41,455 nucleotides of DNA, from contig CAXNGL010000001.1 in assembly GCA_964201515.1 (NCBI GenBank), positions 1-41,455 on the forward strand, written 5' to 3'. The notes under the pieces are model-generated. The model had not been told where the DNA came from and searched no databases. It saw only the letters and a program-made list of their open reading frames with translations. A program made the translations under genes and the position numbers. This document shows positions 1 through 4,139 of the stretch, in pieces; the first letter of the stretch is position 1; the number at the start of each line of letters is the position of its first letter. This DNA comes from Burkholderiales bacterium. GTDB lineage: Bacteria > Pseudomonadota > Gammaproteobacteria > Burkholderiales > SG8-39.

Positions 1-77
1 CCACCCATCAAGGTGTCCATTGCAATTGGACCACTACACCTCTCCAGGCATCGCCCGTCGTCAGCGAGACCTGCACC

Positions 78-133
78 CTACTTCGTTGCGCGCTTCTTCG
101 CGGCCGGTTTCTTCGCTGCAACCTTCTTCGCAG
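78..133 (-). pseudogene. 3' fragment of an Ala/Lys-rich ORF (...SPAKKVAAKKPAAKKRATK*) without a start codon
   Basis: Own minus-strand translation: cct gcg aag aag gtt gca gcg aag aaa ccg gcc gcg aag aag cgc gca acg aag tag. Third positions are G/C-rich. Coding character ends at the edge of the 134-211 palindrome, and an in-frame taa lies inside the palindrome. Confidence 0.35.
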
Positions 134-211
134 GAGAAAACAGGGTCAGTGTAAGTTTTCGCAACCTTCGTCTGTTGCGTGATTGAAAAACTTACACTGA
201 CCCTGTTTCTC
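134..211. repeat. Palindromic element 1: 27-nt arms (134-160 / 185-211) around a 24-nt loop; probably also the intrinsic terminator of the DUF2130 gene
   Basis: gagaaaacagggtcagtgtaagttttc ... gaaaaacttacactgaccctgtttctc. The arms are complementary except for a one-base slip in an A/T run. On the minus-strand RNA the stem is followed by UUUUCUCCU. It lies 26 nt after the DUF2130 stop. Core cagggtcagtgtaagt is at 141-156 (+) and 190-205 (-). Confidence 0.7.
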
Positions 212-237
212 GCTGATTCTCGCGCTGGTAGGGCGCT

Positions 238-1647
238 TCATTCAGCATCGGCAGGACCATGACTCTTGAGTTCGGCGAACTTGGCCGCCATCGTCGGGTT
301 GCCTCGAGTCAGCTTCTTGATCGTCACGTCCTGCGCCTTGTCGTTCGCAAGACGAAGGTTCCGGTCGGTGCCGAGGAGGGCCTCCTTCGTCTTCTGCAGG
401 TGGTCGATCGACTTGTCGATCTCATCTATCGCCATTTGGAAGCGTTTGGAGGCGAGATCGTAGTTCTTCCCGAATGCGGTCTTGAACGTATCGAGCTCGG
501 TTTCGAAGGTCGTGATGTCGATGTTCTGCGCCCTGACCAGCGCCAGCTCCGACTTGTACTTCAGGGAGTTCATCGCCGCATTTCGCAGCAGCGTGATGAT
601 AGGAAGAAAGAACTGCGGTCGGACGATGTACATCTTTGGGTAGCGGTGGAACATGTCGACAATCCCGGTGTTGTAGAGCTCACTGTCGGGCTCAAGCAGG
701 GAGACCAGCACTGCATACTCGCAGCCCTTCTCGGTGCGGTCCTTGTCGAGCTCCTTCAGGAAGTCCTCGTTCTTGTTCTTCGTCGCGGTACTGTCGCTCT
801 CGTGCTTCATTTCGAACATGATCGAGACAATCTCGGTGCCGGCGTCATCCGCGTCACGAAAGATGTAGTCGCCCTTGCTGCCAGTCCGCGCGTCGTTGTC
901 CTTCTCGAAATATGCCCTCGGAAAGGCCGTGGCTCGAATGCGGTTGAACTCGGTTTCGCAGTGTTGCTCGAGGGATTCGCCAACCATCTTGGTCGACAAG
1001 CGAGCCTTCATGTCCCTGAGGCGCTCGATGGCGTCATCGCGATCCTTGATCTGGGTCTCGTACTTGTCCTTGAGCGACTTCTCGGCGAGCTGCTTCTCAA
1101 GCTCCGCCCGTTCGAGCCCGCTCTTCAGTTCGTCGCGCTCCTTCTCGACCACACCCACTGCCTCGGTGATCGCCAGCTTCTGCGCAACCGCGATGGCGTC
1201 GAGCTTGGCCTTCAGACCCTGAATCTCTGCATCTTTCGTAACGGCTGCACTCTGCAGTTTGTTCTCCAGCATCGCTTCAGCCAGCCTGGAAGCGGCTTGC
1301 TTGTCATGCCGCGCCTGCTGAAGATCGTTTGCGAGCGTGTCACGCTCCTTTTCCACGACGCTGAGTGCCTCGGTCACGGCGAGCTTCCTCGCGACCTCCC
1401 CCGCATCGAGCCTGGCCTTCAGTTCCTGGATCTCGGCGTCCTTGGTTGCGGCAGCCTTCTGCGATTCGCTGGCAATCCTGGCTTGGGCAAGTTCGACGGC
1501 GTTGCGCTTGTCCTGTTCTGCCAGCGCAAGCCGCTCGTGCAACTGCTGCTCGAAGTCGCCGTCGCGAACCTGCTTCAGGATGTTCGCGTACCCGGCCTCA
1601 TCGATCTTGAAGGCCTTCCCGCAGTGCGGGCAGATGATTTCATGCAT
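238..1647 (-). CDS. DUF2130-like protein: N-terminal CPHCG zinc-ribbon-like motif, long coiled coil with an internal duplication, C-terminal PD-(D/E)xK-like domain
   Basis: 469-aa ORF. It starts [29 protein letters not shown], followed by about 190 aa of charged heptad-like sequence. The C-terminal part contains KGDYIFRD...[12 protein letters not shown] (D-x19-ExK). The DUF2130 assignment is from memory of the family. Confidence 0.8.
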   Translation of the reverse strand: MHEIICPHCGKAFKIDEAGYANILKQVRDGDFEQQLHERLALAEQDKRNAVELAQARIASESQKAAATKDAEIQELKARLDAGEVARKLAVTEALSVVEKERDTLANDLQQARHDKQAASRLAEAMLENKLQSAAVTKDAEIQGLKAKLDAIAVAQKLAITEAVGVVEKERDELKSGLERAELEKQLAEKSLKDKYETQIKDRDDAIERLRDMKARLSTKMVGESLEQHCETEFNRIRATAFPRAYFEKDNDARTGSKGDYIFRDADDAGTEIVSIMFEMKHESDSTATKNKNEDFLKELDKDRTEKGCEYAVLVSLLEPDSELYNTGIVDMFHRYPKMYIVRPQFFLPIITLLRNAAMNSLKYKSELALVRAQNIDITTFETELDTFKTAFGKNYDLASKRFQMAIDEIDKSIDHLQKTKEALLGTDRNLRLANDKAQDVTIKKLTRGNPTMAAKFAELKSHGPADAE

Positions 1648-1710
1648 AAATAATTACCCTCGGCCTTGGCCAAGATCTGTATGAGCATCCTTGGCGGATC
1701 AGGGACAGGC

Positions 1711-1729
1711 TGTCTCTGAATGAACCCGA
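1711..1729. promoter_or_regulatory. Imperfect 19-bp palindrome CAGGGACAG-G-CTGTCTCTG between the higA-like stop and the DUF2130 start
   Basis: Read directly; 16 of 18 arm positions are complementary. It lies in the 116-bp gap upstream of the DUF2130 start. Function unknown. Confidence 0.3.
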
Positions 1730-1763
1730 CATTCCGGGTCGGAGTGAAATATCGGAAGTCATC

Positions 1764-2090
1764 TCAAACCGGCTGATCGCTCCCGAGTTCCGAAAAATTA
1801 CTGATTTTCACTGACCCGTCCGGGAAACGCGCAATAACCTCAAGTTCCCCGCCCATCGCTTCAATGTGGCTGCGCAAGGTGGAAATGTACATGTCAGTAC
1901 GCTTTTCCAGCTTTGCGATGGACGGCTGCTGAACGTGCAGGACGTCAGCCAGCACTTTCTGCGACAAGCCGCGTGCCTGCCGCAGCTCATTGAGAGGCAT
2001 TTCGTCCAGCATCTTCCGCGCCTTTGCTTCAGACCGAGTTCTGGATGCAGGTGCCATGCGTGCCCGTAATTCGGCGAATTCTTTAGCCAT
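1764..2090 (-). CDS. XRE-family helix-turn-helix antitoxin (HigA-like)
   Basis: HTH segment LNELRQARGLSQKVLADVLHVQQPSIAKLEKRTDMYISTL. The ATG at 2090 overlaps the toxin stop (ATGGCTAA). The ORF-track start at 2093 is a TTG one codon upstream. Confidence 0.85.
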   Translation of the reverse strand: MAKEFAELRARMAPASRTRSEAKARKMLDEMPLNELRQARGLSQKVLADVLHVQQPSIAKLEKRTDMYISTLRSHIEAMGGELEVIARFPDGSVKISNFSELGSDQPV

Positions 2091-2448
2091 CAATCTGCCC
2101 TTCCTTTCGCAATTGCTTCAAATGTTCGTCATACAACCGATCGGCAACGCGTACATTGCCCTCGTACCAACGTTCATCACCCGTCTTGTCTCCGCCGATG
2201 GGTAATATGGCAGATCGCCGTGGGTCGAAAGCGTACAGCGTTCGCAGCGGGCGCCCATCGTGCTGAATTCTCAATTCACGCATATGGCCGTGCTTCGAGC
2301 CCTTGATCCCGCTGCTGTGGGGAAACCCCAGGTTAGGGCCACGCTCCTCCAGCAAACGCACAGAGGCCGCGACCGACTCCTGCTCCGTCGCGGTCAGTTC
2401 ACCCCACCATTTACCGAACTCGTCGGTGTATTCGACGTTCCAGATCAC
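2083..2448 (-). CDS. RelE/ParE-superfamily toxin (Gp49/HigB-like), toxin-first organisation
   Basis: IWNVEYTDEFGKWWGELTATEQESVAASVRLLEERGPNLGFPHSSGIKGSKHGHMRELRIQHDGRPLRTLYAFDPRRSAILPIGGDKTGDERWY is typical of this family. I place the start at GTG 2448, because the ORF-track TTG start (2484) coincides with a -35 box. Confidence 0.85.
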   Translation of the reverse strand: MIWNVEYTDEFGKWWGELTATEQESVAASVRLLEERGPNLGFPHSSGIKGSKHGHMRELRIQHDGRPLRTLYAFDPRRSAILPIGGDKTGDERWYEGNVRVADRLYDEHLKQLRKEGQIDG

Positions 2449-2455
2449 GGACCAA

Positions 2456-2484
2456 AGTATAGCCCGCAGGGAATATTCCGTCAA
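2456..2484 (-). promoter_or_regulatory. Sigma70-like promoter of the toxin-antitoxin operon (TTGACG-17 nt-TATACT)
   Basis: Minus strand: TTGACG (2484-2479), a 17-nt spacer, then TATACT (2461-2456). The -10 box ends 7 nt before GTG 2448, which implies a leaderless or nearly leaderless transcript. Confidence 0.55.
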
Positions 2485-2540
2485 AGGAATAACTGGGCGA
2501 ATGCCTCGTCAAGTTCATTGACCCGGCGCACGGCGACAAA

Positions 2541-2630
2541 AACAAATTGGGTCAGAACAAATTGGGTAAGTATCAGAGGAGCGGGATGTAAGCAGAACAA
2601 GAATACTTACTCTGACCCTGAAATTGTTTC
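2541..2630. repeat. Palindromic element 2, related to element 1; its left arm carries an 11-nt internal direct repeat
   Basis: Left arm is aacaaattgggtcag aacaaattgggtaag tat. Right arm is atacttactctgaccctgaaattgttt. The outward-facing core cagggtcagagtaagtattc (revcomp of 2601-2620) is 18/20 identical to 141-160. On the minus strand it is followed by a U-rich run (aauuuguuuuugu). Confidence 0.6.
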
Positions 2631-2716
2631 GTGGCCGATGCCTCGGTAATGCCGGTGATGCCCTCGGCCAACACCATGGCGCCGACGCTGATGGTGGGGG
2701 ATAAGGCGGCCGACAT
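2573..2716 (-). pseudogene. Short ORF whose first ~29 codons look coding ([29 protein letters not shown]) before it runs into palindromic element 2
   Basis: Own translation from ATG 2716. Third-codon positions are strongly G/C-biased up to 2630, then the bias is lost. The stop (2573-2575) lies inside the palindrome loop. No clear RBS. Confidence 0.25.
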
Positions 2717-2815
2717 GATTCTGGGACGTGCGCGGCTGCCGGCGGTGGCATTAAGGGATTGAGACGAGAGTGGATTGCGGATGCTGTCGATCCAGATGCC
2801 CGCGATTGCCGACGC

Positions 2816-2905
2816 CTATTCGATCACCCGGTCGGCGCTGATCAGAGGCGATTGCGGGACAGTGAGGCCCAGCGCCTTGGCGGCCTTGCGATTGATGACC
2901 AGCTC
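2816..2905 (-). pseudogene. C-terminal remnant of an ABC-type solute-binding protein (ABC_sub_bind-like family)
   Basis: The minus strand reads ELVINRKAAKALGLTVPQSPLISADRVIE*. This matches the characteristic C-terminus I recall for the family (...FELVINLKTAKALGLTIP...ADEVIE). There is no upstream body: similarity stops at the repeat array starting at 2907. Confidence 0.6.
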
Positions 2906-2906
2906 G

Positions 2907-2994
2907 CAGACCACGCTTTCGGAAGGCTAGAAAGCATGGTCTGTCCCCTGAACACCTGAACATGCTGAGAAAACGTGGTCTGTCCCCTGAACAC
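2907..2994. repeat. Array of three copies of a 14-26-nt motif (gaaaRcRtggtctgtcccctgaacac), one copy inverted
   Basis: Copy B (2930-2955) and copy C (2969-2994) are 24/26 identical direct repeats. The partial copy A' (2907-2920) is inverted and matches 13/14, forming a 14-bp stem with B. CTGAACAC/T octamers lie at 2948, 2956 and 2987. Confidence 0.75.
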
Positions 2995-3062
2995 GTTTGA
3001 TAGCCGTGCGGACGCCGGCGGGGGCTGTTCTTGCGCACTGGACGAACCCCATTCCGGACGCC

Positions 3063-3100
3063 TTGACAGCATCTTGAATAATGTACATTATGATGTACAT
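3063..3100 (+). promoter_or_regulatory. Promoter/operator of the Phd-VapC operon: TTGACA -35 box plus two copies of the palindrome ATGTACAT
   Basis: TTGACA lies at 3063-3068. ATGTACAT lies at 3081-3088 and 3093-3100, with centres 12 bp apart, over the expected -10 region. AGGAGG is at 3109-3114 and the ATG at 3119. Confidence 0.5.
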
Positions 3101-3118
3101 ATACCTACAGGAGGCTCT

Positions 3119-3343
3119 ATGCGGGATGCTACATTCACTGAGTTGCGCAATCATGCCAAGGACTATTTTGATGCCGTCGAAGGTGGCGATACCGTTCGCG
3201 TTTTCCGCAATGGCAAACCCATCGCCGAAATTGTGCCCATCCGTGCCGGGGGGGCGTCTTGGAAAAAAAAGGCTGCACCACTGACGGTTAAAGGTTTGTC
3301 GCTGAGTCGAGAGCTACTGAAAGATCGGGACGAACCGGCGTGA
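3119..3343 (+). CDS. Phd/YefM-family antitoxin
   Basis: MRDATFTELRNHAKDYFDAVEGGDTVRVFRNGKPIAEIVPI. There is a strong RBS, and the stop overlaps the VapC start (GTGA). The ORF-track start at 2975 is an unsupported upstream extension. Confidence 0.85.
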   Translation: MRDATFTELRNHAKDYFDAVEGGDTVRVFRNGKPIAEIVPIRAGGASWKKKAAPLTVKGLSLSRELLKDRDEPA

Positions 3344-3756
3344 AAGTGTTTCTGGATACCTCGGCTTTTGCGAAGCGTTATGTTGCCGAGCAGGGGTCGG
3401 ACAAGGTGATCGCGTTGTGCCTGAAGGCGGATAGTTTCGTCATTAGCGTCATTTGCCTGCCGGAACTGATCTCGACGTTGTCGCGCCTGGTACGGGAAAA
3501 GAAGCTCTCCAAAGCGGAGTACCGAAAGCTCAAGGGTGACGCGATGACGGATCTTGTAGACGTCGATATCTGCCATATCACGTCGGAAATTCTCGTCTCG
3601 GTTATTTCGCTTCTGGAATCGCATCCACTTCGCGCAATGGATGGCCTTCATGTGGCATGTGCGCTCGCCGTCAAGCCTGATATCTTTGTTTCGGCTGACC
3701 ATCGGCAACTCTCTGCAGCACGAAAGGCTGGGCTCAAGATTGTTGATGTGTCTTGA
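3340..3756 (+). CDS. vapC: PIN-domain toxin VapC
   Basis: MKVFLDTSAFAKRYV... with conserved acidic residues (D6, and D in AMDGLHVA and VSADHRQ). 138 aa, translationally coupled to the antitoxin. Confidence 0.85.
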   Translation: MKVFLDTSAFAKRYVAEQGSDKVIALCLKADSFVISVICLPELISTLSRLVREKKLSKAEYRKLKGDAMTDLVDVDICHITSEILVSVISLLESHPLRAMDGLHVACALAVKPDIFVSADHRQLSAARKAGLKIVDVS

Positions 3757-3880
3757 GTCGCCACAACTGACAGGCGCTTGTGGCTAGGTGGATGCCCGCT
3801 GTTACTTTTCAATGTGAAGGTCGATCGTTTGTCGTACTGCAAGCGACGCCTCATCTTGACGGGGGACGGATCTTGCAGGA

Positions 3881-3911
3881 GTGCTCAGCGAGTGCTCAGG
3901 GTCTGTCCCTG
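3881..3911. repeat. Right-hand repeat cluster: gtgctcag x2 (3881, 3892) followed by cagggtctgtccctg
   Basis: ggtctgtccc (3900-3909) is identical to the core of copies B and C at 2939/2978, in the same orientation. CTGAGCAC octamers are inverted relative to the CTGAACAC octamers on the left side. Confidence 0.5.
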
Positions 3912-3923
3912 GTTTTTGCGGCA

Positions 3924-3992
3924 ATGCAGATGGATGTTCAAGTTGGCGGCCGAGCCGAATCTCTGGATGAGGGTGACCGCGCCGGTGTCGGC
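3924..3992 (-). pseudogene. Remnant of an IS91-family (HUH/Y2) transposase
   Basis: The minus strand reads ADTGAVTLIQRFGSAANLNIHLH. This matches the QRFGSALNLN-HxH block I recall for IS91/ISCR transposases. It is truncated immediately after the HLH motif, next to the 3881-3911 repeats. Confidence 0.5.
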
Positions 3993-4139
3993 AGAGGCCC
4001 GTTTCTGCCAACCCGTAAAATGATCAACCTGATGGAATAGCTAGCATGGCTTGGGCCTGGATACGATAATTATGATCATGGTTATCGAGCTCGTATTGCT
4101 GCGGAATCGATCTTGATCTGGCACTCCTTGCCAGCACCA

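Noticed and set aside
259-1653. A 464-aa ORF on the plus strand, exactly antisense to the DUF2130 gene. Similar gene-length antisense ORFs occur at 6537-8252, 11791-13707, 14759-16171, 26040-27383, 33692-35410, 35753-37252, 38141-39634 and 39969-41441.
   Set aside because: Their translations are Arg/Gly/Ala/Leu/His-rich low-information strings with no recognisable motifs, while the opposite strand encodes clearly recognisable proteins. Long antisense open frames are expected when the sense strand avoids TTA/CTA/TCA codons, as in G+C-rich genomes.
134-2630. Xer/dif-like (pdif-module-type) recombination sites flanking the TA cassette.
   Set aside because: The palindromes show no resemblance to the 11-6-11 dif consensus (GGTGCGCATAA-TGTATA-TTATGTTAAAT), and no 6-nt central-region architecture is evident.
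2640-2750. A plus-strand reading ...[19 protein letters not shown] resembling the S-M-x-P-T-L-x-x-G-D motif of S24/S26 peptidases.
   Set aside because: The Ser is absent, the frame has poor third-position G/C bias compared with the minus-strand frame, and the match is only about 10 residues.
2930-2994. Tn3-family 38-bp terminal inverted repeat (GGGG...TAAG), given that TA genes are known Tn3-family cargo.
   Set aside because: Read from GGGGACAGACC..., the sequences lack the inner TAAG and the 38-bp structure. They occur as direct copies 39 nt apart, and there is no tnpA/tnpR or res site in the window.
141-3911. Unifying all the short elements (141, 205, 1711, 2620, 2950, 2989, 3897/3911) into one CAGGG-terminated family, for example MITEs of an ISAs1-type IS, whose ends I recall being listed as CAGGG.
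   Set aside because: The pentamer CAGGG alone is expected about eight times by chance in 4 kb on both strands. Only the 16-20-nt core (three copies) and the 26-nt motif (two to three copies) are individually convincing, and these two sets share little beyond CAGGG. No ISAs1-like transposase is present.
4025-4139. The imperfect palindrome GATAATTATGATCATGGTTATC (about 4064-4085) downstream of the fused CoA-transferase gene.
   Set aside because: Only the central ATGATCAT and the 5-nt outer arms pair. No U tract and no neighbouring gene suggest a role, so it is noted but not interpretable.
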